DNA of 43,012 nucleotides. It comes from a virus (lineage: Duplodnaviria; Caudoviricetes). Location of the stretch: the IMG/VR virus record IMGVR_UViG_3300031260_000088, positions 1 to 43,012 of that record. One strand, written 5' to 3'. Of the stretch, positions 9,671 to 18,559 are shown piece after piece. The notes below the pieces were generated by a model that was not told the DNA's origin, searched no databases, and worked only from the letters and a program-made list of their open reading frames with translations. A program made the position numbers and the translations under genes. The first letter of the stretch is position 1, and each line of letters opens with the position of its first letter.

Positions 9671-9725
9671 TGGTGCCGAAGGGGAGACTCGAACTCCCAC
9701 GGGCCTACGCCCACTAGACCCTGAA
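9671..9725 (-). other. attP core: 3' half of tRNA-Leu(CAG), anticodon loop to CCA
   Basis: Minus strand reads TTCAGGGTCTAGTGGGCGTAGGCCCGTGGGAGTTCGAGTCTCCCCTTCGGCACCA (long variable arm, T-loop, CCA); adjacent to the integrase. Confidence 0.9.
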
Positions 9726-9745
9726 AAACAAAGGTAATTTTTTAT

Positions 9746-10831
9746 TTATTCGGTATCGTTGGTTTTTTTAGTCGTTTTCCTGTCCACGGTCAGCCCTTTT
9801 TCAATGAGCTTTGCGAGCTTGGCCCCTTGTGTGGCGACGAATTCGCCGGCAATGTGGGTGTAGATCTCGGTGGTGCTGAGGTTGCTGTGCCCCATCATCT
9901 GCTGGACGGCTCGGGGGTCGACTTCGGCGAGGGCGGCGTGGGTGCCGTGGTCGTGGCGCAGCAGGTGGTGGTAGATGCGTTTGTCGACGTCGGCCCGGGC
10001 GGCGGCTTCCCGTAGCATGCTGCGGATGTCTTTGTAGGGCTGGCTGGTGACCGGGTTGATCCAGAGGTAGCCTTTGCCGTGTAGTTCGATGCGGGCGGCG
10101 AGTTCGTCTCGCAGACGCTGGGTGAGGATCGGGACCTGTCGCTCTTTGCCGCCTTTGCCGATGATGTGGATCACGCCGCGGGCGAGGTCGACCTGGTCGC
10201 CGCGGATGGTGAGGGCTTCGGCTCGCCGGAGCCCGGCATCGTAGAGCAGGAGGACGAGGCCGCGCTTGTGGGCGGGGATTTCGTCGATGATGGCTTGCAG
10301 CTCCTGGGGCGTGTGGACGGTGGGTGCCGGGCTCTTGGTCTGCTTTTTGGGGAAGCGTTTGATGCGGTAGGCCGCCGGCGGGATGTGCCGGTTTTCTTCG
10401 GCCCATTTGATGATGGCTGAGAGATAGGACAGTTCGCGGTTGATGGTGCGTTTTTTGACGCCTGCATCGAGGCGCTTGGCTTTGTACTGTTCGACCAGGG
10501 CCGGCCCAAGCTTGGCCATGGGGATTTTGCCGAAGGTGGTCTCGAGCTGTTTCCAGGCCCAATGGAAGTCGGTGATGGTGCCTTTGGTGACGTGGTTGCC
10601 GTAGTCGCGGAGAAACTCGGGGATTGCGTCAAGAAAGGTTGGTGATACGCAGGCGCCGACGCCGGGCTTGCTTTTGCCGCGCAGCTCCATTTCGGCGGCC
10701 CGGGCCTGGGCTTCGGTGCCGATGAAGGGAATGCGATCACGGGGGCCGTTGCGCCCCTGGAGGCGCACGTCGATGATGTATTCGCCGGGGATGGGCTTGC
10801 CGGAGTTGTCGAGCTTGGGGCGGACGGCCAT
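9746..10831 (-). CDS. int: Tyrosine recombinase / phage integrase
   Basis: GLRRAE, GKGGKER, HHLLRH and GHSNLSTTEIY catalytic motifs. Confidence 0.96.
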   Translation of the reverse strand: MAVRPKLDNSGKPIPGEYIIDVRLQGRNGPRDRIPFIGTEAQARAAEMELRGKSKPGVGACVSPTFLDAIPEFLRDYGNHVTKGTITDFHWAWKQLETTFGKIPMAKLGPALVEQYKAKRLDAGVKKRTINRELSYLSAIIKWAEENRHIPPAAYRIKRFPKKQTKSPAPTVHTPQELQAIIDEIPAHKRGLVLLLYDAGLRRAEALTIRGDQVDLARGVIHIIGKGGKERQVPILTQRLRDELAARIELHGKGYLWINPVTSQPYKDIRSMLREAAARADVDKRIYHHLLRHDHGTHAALAEVDPRAVQQMMGHSNLSTTEIYTHIAGEFVATQGAKLAKLIEKGLTVDRKTTKKTNDTE

Positions 10832-10841
10832 GGCGAAACGC

Positions 10842-11849
10842 TTAGATGAAAATCTGAACGATTTTGGCTGACGTTAATCGTTCATGCAGTTCCTTGGTGA
10901 GAATCCTCATGTTGAGGTATTTTCTGTCCCAGCTGTTATTTTTGAGAGCTTCTTGCTGTGTTTCGTCAAGAACTCCATGGGGGATGTCTGCTGAGAAGGA
11001 GTACCCATCGCTCTTTCTCTGGATGTTTACGCGGAATTCGTTTGCGTGTGAAAAGATGGCAGACTGGATAATAAACTCGCCTTCAATGATCTTTTCGGTC
11101 GCCGTTTCTCTTTCCTTTTTTGTAACCTGGTCGGCCAAGTGACCGTTGACTAGAACCGGCATCCTTTCTGCCTGCTCGCCCTCCCACGCACTGACTTCAA
11201 GTCGATCCTCTGGTTTGAGTTTAGTCAATAGGTCGTTTCGTACCTGTTCCATTCCTTCGGAGGCCTCTTGGGCCAGGGGGAATTTCTGGGCAGCTTTTCT
11301 GACCACTTCCATCTTTTCGATTTCAAGTTCCGAAAGTTGAACTTTATGGTCAAGTTCCTTTTCTTTGATGCGGTTATTGAGCCAGTATTTCCAAAAAAAC
11401 AAGCTGGTTACCGAAAGGCTGGCAACGATAATGACGGCGGTGAGTTGATTTGGTGACATTCTGGCAAGAGCGTCCTGTAGAATTTTCATTATTGGAGTAT
11501 CGAGGATGGCGTCGTAGACCGATGACCCCTTGTCGACACGTACCAGTAATTCTAACTGCTCCCGGTCTTTTTTTGTAAGTTTTTTCGTGTTTTCATCGCC
11601 ATTGACGGCGAGGCAGTATACCCGGTAAATTTCTCTCTGCAGTTCAAGCATGGTCGGCATGATCCGCGTTGGAATCGTACCGTCGAAATCGACGCCTTCA
11701 ATGCGAATGACAAATCTTGGCCATGACTCGAAAGTGATTTTGCAGCCTTCTGGGATCGTGTAGCCTTCGACCAATTTGCGCAGCAGGTCAATGGCTTCGT
11801 CTTCGGATGTAATTGTTATGGATTGTGGCGTGTCCATGTGTCCCTCCAA
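10842..11849 (-). CDS. Lower-GC hypothetical protein (lysogeny-region cargo)
   Basis: 335 aa, AT-richer codon usage, one hydrophobic segment; lies between repressor and integrase. Confidence 0.8.
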   Translation of the reverse strand: MEGHMDTPQSITITSEDEAIDLLRKLVEGYTIPEGCKITFESWPRFVIRIEGVDFDGTIPTRIMPTMLELQREIYRVYCLAVNGDENTKKLTKKDREQLELLVRVDKGSSVYDAILDTPIMKILQDALARMSPNQLTAVIIVASLSVTSLFFWKYWLNNRIKEKELDHKVQLSELEIEKMEVVRKAAQKFPLAQEASEGMEQVRNDLLTKLKPEDRLEVSAWEGEQAERMPVLVNGHLADQVTKKERETATEKIIEGEFIIQSAIFSHANEFRVNIQRKSDGYSFSADIPHGVLDETQQEALKNNSWDRKYLNMRILTKELHERLTSAKIVQIFI

Positions 11850-11862
11850 TTATTAGATTAAA

Positions 11863-12114
11863 TCACCGCCTCTTTCGAAACTCCCATGGCGGGGCGGCTT
11901 CCGGATCAGCGGGTTGCCTGCTCAGGTAGAAGTCTTCATCGAGGGTCTGTTTTCGCTGCTTGCCTTGCAGGGTTCTCTGGTAGTTGCGCTTTTCCTGTGC
12001 CGCCTTCTTCTTCTCTTCGGCTTCTTTTGCCCAAGCGTCAATCTTGTCTTTGTTTTTGCTGACCAAGACACCGAGGCCAACGACTACCACCAAAACGATC
12101 AGAACAAATTCCAT
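11863..12114 (-). CDS. Small N-terminally membrane-anchored protein
   Basis: GGAGG RBS; MEFVLIVLVVVVGLGVLV followed by a charged helix. Confidence 0.75.
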   Translation of the reverse strand: MEFVLIVLVVVVGLGVLVSKNKDKIDAWAKEAEEKKKAAQEKRNYQRTLQGKQRKQTLDEDFYLSRQPADPEAAPPWEFRKRR

Positions 12115-12161
12115 AAGTTCCCTCCATTTCTAAGCCACCTTCCACCCAAGCCGCCTCATCT

Positions 12162-12701
12162 CTAGCCGGATTTCATTTCCGGTGAGTCTGAGCCCCCTCC
12201 GTCTTTTGCCCGCGACTTGGCTGCGGACCTTTCGAGCATTCCAAAACACTCTTCTTTGATTTCATCACCGGCACAGCGGTAATTGCAGATCAGTTGCCAT
12301 TCTTCGTCGCTGATCCCGGCCGGTGGCCCGGTGGCCCGGTAGGCTTCCAGGTGCCGGTATCGATCCGGTTGGCCTGGTGGGGGTACCCCTTGAGTCTCGT
12401 CCCCCGTCTCCGAGGGGCCGTAGACTTCGATAAACCGTTTCAGCCTCTGGATGGCTGGTGGTGGGTCGACCTGGACCAGCCCCCGCCGTGGAGTGGGGAA
12501 CATCTCCCCTTCCCCAGTCAAAATCCACGTAACGTTTATGCCTTCTTTTGCCGCCCATTCTGCAATAAGGGGGAAAAGGGTTCCGCGCCTTTTGCGATTA
12601 TTGAAGGCTTGAGAAGACAGGCCTAGCAAGGACGCAAGTTCATTGTCTTTTTTTACGCCAGCGGCCTCTTTGGCTCGTATTAATACGCCGTCGATATCCA
12701 A
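12162..12701 (-). CDS. cI: CI-like phage repressor (HTH, no S24 peptidase domain)
   Basis: ELASLLGLSSQAFNNRKRRG HTH and WILTGEGEM; divergent from the early operon; GGAAGG RBS before TTG. Confidence 0.85.
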   Translation of the reverse strand: MDIDGVLIRAKEAAGVKKDNELASLLGLSSQAFNNRKRRGTLFPLIAEWAAKEGINVTWILTGEGEMFPTPRRGLVQVDPPPAIQRLKRFIEVYGPSETGDETQGVPPPGQPDRYRHLEAYRATGPPAGISDEEWQLICNYRCAGDEIKEECFGMLERSAAKSRAKDGGGSDSPEMKSG

Positions 12702-12702
12702 G

Positions 12703-12756
12703 AATAAACCTTCCGTTTATTTTTTTGCTTGACGCAAATAAACAATACGTTTATTT
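12703..12756. promoter_or_regulatory. Two palindromic operators AATAAAC-N5-GTTTATT in the switch region
   Basis: At 12703-12721 and 12736-12756, with a TTGACG -35-like box at 12729 between them. Confidence 0.8.
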
Positions 12757-12790
12757 ATGTACCTACGAACCTAGAATCGAGGAGGCAACG

Positions 12791-12985
12791 ATGTCCCTGC
12801 AATCCATTGGTCAAGAGATCAGAATTCCAGGCTGGGAGAGTTTCCTGCGCGAAATCTTCGGCGCGGGAAAAATCCGTTCCGTGCAGGCGGCGCTCGGTTC
12901 TGTCCTTACGGAAGCCCCCAGTCCTTTCGCGCAAGATGCGCCCCTTGCTCCAACCAGTGGCGGATGCCGGGGAGTTCACTCCTGA
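12791..12985 (+). CDS. Hypothetical early protein
   Basis: GAGGAGG RBS before ATG 12791; overlaps an antisense ORF. Confidence 0.4.
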   Translation: MSLQSIGQEIRIPGWESFLREIFGAGKIRSVQAALGSVLTEAPSPFAQDAPLAPTSGGCRGVHS

Positions 12986-13145
12986 GTGCCTTGAGTAGTT
13001 TTTCGGCCTGGTCGTCGGGTAGTTCTTCGTCTAGCTTGCCGGCGCCGGTAATGACGGTCATGGCTTGGACCAGGGTTTCTACGTCGCTTTTGGGCTTTCC
13101 GGAAGCTTCGCTGAAGATGGCGCAGTAGATATCACGGTTGGTCAT
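12906..13145 (-). CDS. Hypothetical protein
   Basis: AGGGGG RBS; 79 aa starting MTNRDIYC. Confidence 0.55.
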   Translation of the reverse strand: MTNRDIYCAIFSEASGKPKSDVETLVQAMTVITGAGKLDEELPDDQAEKLLKALRSELPGIRHWLEQGAHLARKDWGLP

Positions 13146-13233
13146 GTTGCCCCCTGTAAGTCGCTGTTTAGCTAATTTTTCAATAACGTTATCACCCAAA
13201 CCGAGGAGAGGGCGACGATGCGGATTGTGAAGA

Positions 13234-13482
13234 CTATTGCCGAAGTAATTGCCTGGCGTGCGCTGATGGTGGCATTTCCGCATCTTTCTCGAGGAGCTGA
13301 AGGACCTCCAGAATCCTTACTGCTGCTGACGCCGATAGTTCCACACGAACCGGGAAACCCTGGGTCGTGTCGGAAACAGCCACCGTTGACTCTATTGTCA
13401 AAGCCCCGGTTGTTTTGTCGTAAGTCACGTTTAGTGGGCAGTCAATCGTGAATCCGTAGGTGGGTCGTTTTTGTTCCGGCAT
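13234..13482 (-). CDS. Hypothetical protein
   Basis: AAGGAGG RBS; 82 aa starting MPEQKRP. Confidence 0.55.
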   Translation of the reverse strand: MPEQKRPTYGFTIDCPLNVTYDKTTGALTIESTVAVSDTTQGFPVRVELSASAAVRILEVLQLLEKDAEMPPSAHARQLLRQ

Positions 13483-13553
13483 GAGTTCCCTCCTTATGGG
13501 CACTGGATAAGAATATTAGCAAGTACGTTAACAGGTACGAATGAGGTTTTCAA

Positions 13554-13760
13554 ATGGAAATTGACAAGGTAGCGACCCACGACAGGGTGAGGCAGCACTA
13601 CGGCAGCGTGAGCGCGTTTGCGCGGGCGTGCGAGGTGCCGCTGCGAATCTACTACCAGGCTGTCTCTGAGGGGCGTGGCCGGGTGCGGTCGAACACCGCT
13701 CCGCGCCGGGTGCTGGAGCGGCTGAAAGTGGAAAACCTGCTGGTCGTGAATGACGGGTAG
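13554..13760 (+). CDS. Cro/Ner-like HTH regulator
   Basis: YGSVSAFARACEV HTH, 68 aa, upstream of the CII-like gene. Confidence 0.65.
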   Translation: MEIDKVATHDRVRQHYGSVSAFARACEVPLRIYYQAVSEGRGRVRSNTAPRRVLERLKVENLLVVNDG

Positions 13761-13823
13761 TCGGTTCATGGTGTCAGCCTAGCAGGGTGCGCAGCCAGTG
13801 ACCATTATTGACGGAGCTTAGGG

Positions 13824-14282
13824 ATGGAATCGTATGAGGCGATGCGCCGGGCAGTCGGCGCGGATTCAGTGCGGGTGGCGAAAAGGGTCGGGAGATCCAC
13901 GAGCCTGGTCCAGAAGTGGTGTGAGCCTTCGACGGATTATTCGGATTCGGGGGCACTCAACCCGTTGGACCGCCTGGAGCTGGTGATCGAAGTGGCGGAA
14001 CAGCAGGGCCGCCAGTCCTGCGACGCCTATGCTCCTATCTATTTTCTGGCCCTGCGTTTCGGGGGGATGTTCCTGCCCCCGGTGAAGCACCAGGTGAACA
14101 CCATTGAGTACAGCAAGCAGCTGTGTGCGGTGGTTAAGGAATCCGGCGAGGCCTTCGCGGCGGCTGCCGACGCCTTGGCTGACGACGAGCTGTCGCCGAA
14201 TGAGCGCCGTCGAATCAGTAAGGAACTGCATGAAGCCCTGGCGGAAATGGCGGCGTTTCTGCGGATGATCGAGGAGGGGTGA
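13824..14282 (+). CDS. CII-like regulatory protein (CP76-type)
   Basis: N-terminal HTH, NPLDRL motif, ESGE...ALADDELSPNE helical C-terminus. Confidence 0.7.
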   Translation: MESYEAMRRAVGADSVRVAKRVGRSTSLVQKWCEPSTDYSDSGALNPLDRLELVIEVAEQQGRQSCDAYAPIYFLALRFGGMFLPPVKHQVNTIEYSKQLCAVVKESGEAFAAAADALADDELSPNERRRISKELHEALAEMAAFLRMIEEG

Positions 14283-14464
14283 TGAGCGACGTGTCTCATG
14301 GCTACCGTAGTGCGACCCGGGGCGAGCGAAAAGAGGAAAGGACCTGTGAGTTCTGCCGGCACCGCAGGGTGCGCGAGATGAGCGGACGGCTCGAATGTCC
14401 GTTCCAGGATAACTACCAGGTGGGCCGGCATTCGGTCTGCGACCGGTGGGAGGTGGCGTGGTGA
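14282..14464 (+). CDS. Small Cys-rich hypothetical protein
   Basis: CEFC..C...CD.W; coupled ORF. Confidence 0.55.
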   Translation: MSDVSHGYRSATRGERKEERTCEFCRHRRVREMSGRLECPFQDNYQVGRHSVCDRWEVAW

Positions 14465-14670
14465 GTGAGCTGAGGGTTTCGTTCGCCGAAGATCGGCACG
14501 GGCGGCCCCTGGTGATCGTCCGAAATTTCCCCGGCATCGATGCGGAGATGACCCCGAAGCAGCTGCGCTCTCTGGCGGACGCTCTGTATATGGCCGCCGA
14601 CGATGCGGAGCATGGGCCGGTGCATCGTCGGGCAGGAATGGGCAAGGGAGATGCGAGCTATGACTACTGA
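14461..14670 (+). CDS. Hypothetical protein
   Basis: GTG start overlaps the previous stop; GGAGG RBS. Confidence 0.55.
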   Translation: MSELRVSFAEDRHGRPLVIVRNFPGIDAEMTPKQLRSLADALYMAADDAEHGPVHRRAGMGKGDASYDY

Positions 14671-14884
14671 GTGGACGCGGTGCGATGACGGGCTGCCGCC
14701 GTTGGAGGATGACGGCCGGTCTGACCATGTTCTGGTTCTTTTCGATGATGGGGCTTTTGCTGTCCTTTTTTACGACTATGACTCCATTGGTTGGTTCGAC
14801 AGTTACGGGTCGGAGTGTAGCGGATATGCCGCGCCGCTCTACTGGATGCCGCTGCCTGATCCTCCCCTGCCGGAGGCCGCGTGA
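14660..14884 (+). CDS. DUF551-like protein
   Basis: W..C...LP...VLV...YWMPLPDPP signature. Confidence 0.75.
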   Translation: MTTEWTRCDDGLPPLEDDGRSDHVLVLFDDGAFAVLFYDYDSIGWFDSYGSECSGYAAPLYWMPLPDPPLPEAA

Positions 14885-15141
14885 TGTCGTATCCCGCCTC
14901 CATAGAGCGCCGACTGGAGCTCATCGAGGAGCAGCAGCGGCGCATCATCGCGCTGCTGGAGGGGCGCGTCCTGGCGGAGGTGGGCGAACCCCGCAGGAAG
15001 GGGGAGCCGTCTTTGGCGCAGGCCAACATGGAGGCGGCCCGGATGGCGGACATCTACGAGCGGGAGGGCCGTGAGGCGATGAAGGCGGCGTTTCGGGCGC
15101 GGAATGAGGCGGTGCGGGCGAAGAGGCGGCGGCAAGGATAG
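14884..15141 (+). CDS. Hypothetical protein
   Basis: Coupled ORF with GGAGG RBS. Confidence 0.55.
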   Translation: MSYPASIERRLELIEEQQRRIIALLEGRVLAEVGEPRRKGEPSLAQANMEAARMADIYEREGREAMKAAFRARNEAVRAKRRRQG

Positions 15142-15149
15142 GAGCCAAA

Positions 15150-15272
15150 ATGAAGACGAGACTGACGACCGAGGTTAAGGTGTGGCTTGGGATTTTGGCG
15201 GCGGGATCCCTGTTTTGGTGGGGGATGTTCCGCCTGGTGGAGTGGGCGGTCTTCGGAGGATGGCATCTATGA
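15150..15272 (+). CDS. 40-aa membrane peptide (not in the ORF track)
   Basis: AGGAG RBS; MKTRLTTEVKVWLGILAAGSLFWWGMFRLVEWAVFGGWHL; stop overlaps the next ATG. Confidence 0.55.
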   Translation: MKTRLTTEVKVWLGILAAGSLFWWGMFRLVEWAVFGGWHL

Positions 15273-15454
15273 GACGGTCATGGGAATCGAAACGGACGAA
15301 GAGAGAGTGGCGCAAGACGTGGCCGTGGCTGCTGGCCTGGGGAATAGGTCTACTGCTGTATGGGGCGGCTGATACTTCGGACACGGAGACCGCGGCGAGC
15401 CTGACCGCAGAGGTGGATCGTGCGGAGGTCATTTCGTGGCTCCTGGAAAAGTGA
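15269..15454 (+). CDS. Small membrane protein
   Basis: MRRSWE...WPWLLAWGIGLLLYG; coupled. Confidence 0.55.
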   Translation: MRRSWESKRTKREWRKTWPWLLAWGIGLLLYGAADTSDTETAASLTAEVDRAEVISWLLEK

Positions 15455-15942
15455 CCTGCCCGAAGTGTGGAACCGGGAGTGCGGCGCTATACCGGCGCGA
15501 TCGGTGGTTGACCGATGGGTCGCACCTGGAGGAGGTCGCCTGTCGCCTGTGTAGTCACGTGCTGGCGAGTCGCCTAGCTGTTCGCCAGGCGCGGGTTGTT
15601 CGCCAGGATGAGGCCGCGACCGTTGCGCAGGGGACGGCCAGGGCGGCCCTGTCGGAGATCATGACGTCGATCCGGAGACAGCAGACCGAGGAATACATGC
15701 GGCCATGTCCGGTTCCCGGCTGTGATGGTTCGTATTATGAGCCATGCAGCCGGCGGAAACTCTGTGCGGCTCATGCGTCCGTACTCCGGAGCTATGAGCA
15801 TCGTCTCCAGATGTATCTGTCAGGGAAGCGTCCGAACCGCCCACTGCTTCCGTCAATCCTTCGGGTTAATGGGAGCTGGGTCAGGAGAGGGGATCCCCTC
15901 CCGGGGCTCTCTGCCGTGGAGTCCAGGCAGGCGCAAGCGTGA
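15451..15942 (+). CDS. Zn-finger hypothetical protein
   Basis: CPKC, CRLC and CPVPGC..C..H motifs. Confidence 0.55.
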   Translation: MTCPKCGTGSAALYRRDRWLTDGSHLEEVACRLCSHVLASRLAVRQARVVRQDEAATVAQGTARAALSEIMTSIRRQQTEEYMRPCPVPGCDGSYYEPCSRRKLCAAHASVLRSYEHRLQMYLSGKRPNRPLLPSILRVNGSWVRRGDPLPGLSAVESRQAQA

Positions 15943-16307
15943 GGAGGGTGTTGTGGTCCAGGTCGAATGTCGGACGTGCAAGAGGGCGCATGTTTGCGAG
16001 CGAAAGGGTGAGCGTCACCGCCGGGTCGCGTTCGCGTGGTGCAACGGCCGCCCGATCGAGGACTGTGGAGACTACGCTCCCCGCTGGTGGCGTGGTGTAT
16101 CGGGCGTCCTGGACCTCCCCGAGCCCCCACCGTCGGACAGGCCTCGTTGATCAGATGATCGCTGACGCAGCCTCTCCGCGACCCGCAGGGGGCGCGCCGC
16201 GCCCGTCCATCTACCAAGCCCCCGCGCCCCGCCCTCGCAGGAGAGGCCAGGAAATCTGTGATCATTCGGGAGTGGGATCAAGGGGACGGCCGCCGCGCTA
16301 CGCCCAT

Positions 16308-16347
16308 GGGTCCTTCCGGGCCGCCCGGAAGATGCGGGCAGCGAGAC
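16308..16347 (+). other. Candidate lambda-type cos site (cosQ GGGTCCT plus cosN-like GGGCAGCGAGAC)
   Basis: Resembles lambda GGGTCCT...GGGCGGCGACCT (21 vs 23 nt spacing); followed by an AT-rich tract; genome has a gpA-type terminase. Confidence 0.45.
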
Positions 16348-16426
16348 CCCGGGCGGTGGGTCCGTTTGTGTTTTTATAAGTCACTGGAATAATAGAATTT
16401 ATTCAGTCGGTACGGGAGGTGTTCAG

Positions 16427-16786
16427 GTGGAATGTGCAATTGCGGCGGCCCTGGGGTTGATGGATGCAGACTCCTGCCGGACGTTCTTGATACGAAGGTT
16501 GCACCCCGGCGGCCCGTGCTGCCCGGATTGCGGAATCTCTCTGGTTGGCCGGCAGGGAGAATCTTTTCTCGCCGGCGGGCGGGTGCGTTGCCGCGATTGC
16601 GGGCGATGGTTTACCTATCGCACCGGGACTCCTTTTCAGGGGTCCTTGGCCAGCGATCAGCAGCTCTGCCTGTTTGCTCTCCTGTGCGCGGCCGGATGCT
16701 CCATTTGGACCATCGCTGCAGCCTGCCACGTGACAGAGGAAGCCATCCTCGCCCTACATCGGCGATTGAGTGAGTGGCGCGGATGA
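16427..16786 (+). CDS. Zn-ribbon/HTH protein resembling the IS1595 transposase N-terminus
   Basis: CPDCG..RCRDCGRWFTYRTGTPF followed by a short HTH; no DDE domain. Confidence 0.6.
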   Translation: MECAIAAALGLMDADSCRTFLIRRLHPGGPCCPDCGISLVGRQGESFLAGGRVRCRDCGRWFTYRTGTPFQGSLASDQQLCLFALLCAAGCSIWTIAAACHVTEEAILALHRRLSEWRG

Positions 16787-18537
16787 GCGAGCACGAGGAC
16801 AATATCGATCTCGACGACATCCGGGCGCTCGTCGAAGAGCGCGTGGATTCCGAGGACGAAGCCTTCGGCGACCTGGTCGGAGACTCCGGACATTCCTCCG
16901 GCACTCCGGACGATCCCCGCTTCGTCCTGTCTTGCCTCGCCAACAACGAGCGCGGAGACGGCATACTGTTCGCCGCGCTGCATCGCGGGCGCTACCTCTG
17001 CAACAAGTCCAAGAAGGATAAGCCCTGGATGGTCTGGGGCGGCCACCACTGGAAATACGACTTCCTCGATGAGTCCGTGCGAGGTGTCGAGGCCGTCGCC
17101 CTCAAGTACCTGGCGCAGTCCGGCTTGATCTCCGACGAGATCGCCGAGCTTCGCCAGCAGCTGGCCGACGTCGAGGAACAGGCCGAAAACTTCAGGCAGG
17201 CCGAAGACGCCGAGGGACAGAAGGCCAAGCAGCGCGAAGCCGAGCGGCTTGCCCAGCAGATCGCCCGGCTTTCCGCCAAACGCAAGGCCCTCGATCGACG
17301 CGTCGACCGCCTGAGATCCTGGCCCGGGGCGATCAAGTGCCTCAACTGGGCAGGGTGCGTCGAATCGCACCTCGCCATCAAGGGGGATGAGATCGACCGC
17401 CAACCCTGGCTGCTCGGCTGCCCCAACGGCGTCGTCGATCTGCGCACCGGCCTGCTGCGCCCCGGCGACCCGGAAGACTACCTGGTGCGAGCCGTCAACG
17501 TGCCCTTCCCCGACGGCCCCGAGGTCGAACACTACCTGGCCACCGGCGAGGGCTTCCAGGCGCCGACCTTCGCCCGCTTTTTGGATGAGATCCATCAGTC
17601 CGACCAGGAGATCATCGACTGCATCCACCGGCTGCTCGGCTACAGCATCGCCGGACTCAACACCGAGCACTACCTCGGATGTTTCATCGGCGACGGCGCC
17701 AACGGCAAGGGGACCCTCTTCGAGCTGCTGCTGCACATCCTCGGCGAGCTCGCCTGGAGCATCGATCCCGAGATGGTCATGCAGCAGAAAAACGCCAAGT
17801 CCAGCGGCGGACCCGATCCGGAGATCATCTCCCTGCATGGCCGCCGCCTCGCCATCGCCAGTGAGACCGAAGAAAACCGGAGGATCAGCGCCGCCAAGGT
17901 CAAGCGCCTGACCGGCGGCGACACCCTCAAGGCCAGGGCTCCCCACGACAAATACGAGATCAACTTCGAGCCGTCGCACACCCTGGTGTTGGTCACCAAC
18001 CACCCGCCTCGCGGCCTGGCCGCCGACTTCGCCATGTTCCGCCGGCTGCTCTATTTCTGGTACCCGCTGCGCTACGTCGACGATCCAGAGCACCACGCCA
18101 GAAAAGACCCGCAGAACGCCGCCATCTTCCGCAAGAAAGATCCCGATCTTCCCGCCAGGCTCAAGAAAGAAGCCTCCTGGGTGCTCGCCTGGCTGGTGCG
18201 GGGCTGTCTGCTGTGGCAGGCGGCGGGAGGCATCAACCCACCCGACAAGCTCCGGGCCGCCGCCGAAGAGATCCGCCGCAACGAGGACCACCTCGAACAG
18301 TTCATCGAGGCGGTCTGCGAGCACTCCCACCCCGAAGACTGGGTGCTGTTCAAGGATTTCTATGCGCGCTTCAAGACCTGGTACGAGGAGAACGTCGACG
18401 AATCTTCCCGCTATCGACCGTCCAACAAGGTCGTCACCGACCAGTTGCGCCGCAAGGGCTTCCGGGTTCCGCCAGGCAAAGAGACGGGGGGCCAGGTCAG
18501 GGTTTACGGGCTGAATCTGCCGCAGGTCTGGTCATGA
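16783..18537 (+). CDS. P4/D5-family SF3 replicative helicase with C-terminal winged helix
   Basis: NGVVDLRTG, Walker A GDGANGKGT, ASE, KRLTGGD and TNH motifs. Confidence 0.92.
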   Translation: MSEHEDNIDLDDIRALVEERVDSEDEAFGDLVGDSGHSSGTPDDPRFVLSCLANNERGDGILFAALHRGRYLCNKSKKDKPWMVWGGHHWKYDFLDESVRGVEAVALKYLAQSGLISDEIAELRQQLADVEEQAENFRQAEDAEGQKAKQREAERLAQQIARLSAKRKALDRRVDRLRSWPGAIKCLNWAGCVESHLAIKGDEIDRQPWLLGCPNGVVDLRTGLLRPGDPEDYLVRAVNVPFPDGPEVEHYLATGEGFQAPTFARFLDEIHQSDQEIIDCIHRLLGYSIAGLNTEHYLGCFIGDGANGKGTLFELLLHILGELAWSIDPEMVMQQKNAKSSGGPDPEIISLHGRRLAIASETEENRRISAAKVKRLTGGDTLKARAPHDKYEINFEPSHTLVLVTNHPPRGLAADFAMFRRLLYFWYPLRYVDDPEHHARKDPQNAAIFRKKDPDLPARLKKEASWVLAWLVRGCLLWQAAGGINPPDKLRAAAEEIRRNEDHLEQFIEAVCEHSHPEDWVLFKDFYARFKTWYEENVDESSRYRPSNKVVTDQLRRKGFRVPPGKETGGQVRVYGLNLPQVWS

Positions 18538-18559
18538 TGACCAGACTTCTTGGTGTGTC

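Noticed and set aside
9671-9725. Functional tRNA gene
   Set aside because: The 5' half (acceptor 5' strand and D-arm) is absent; it is an att core
9746-10831. Integron integrase serving the attC array
   Set aside because: No IntI-specific insertion is evident, it sits beside a tRNA attP with arm sites, and it is about 18 kb from the array
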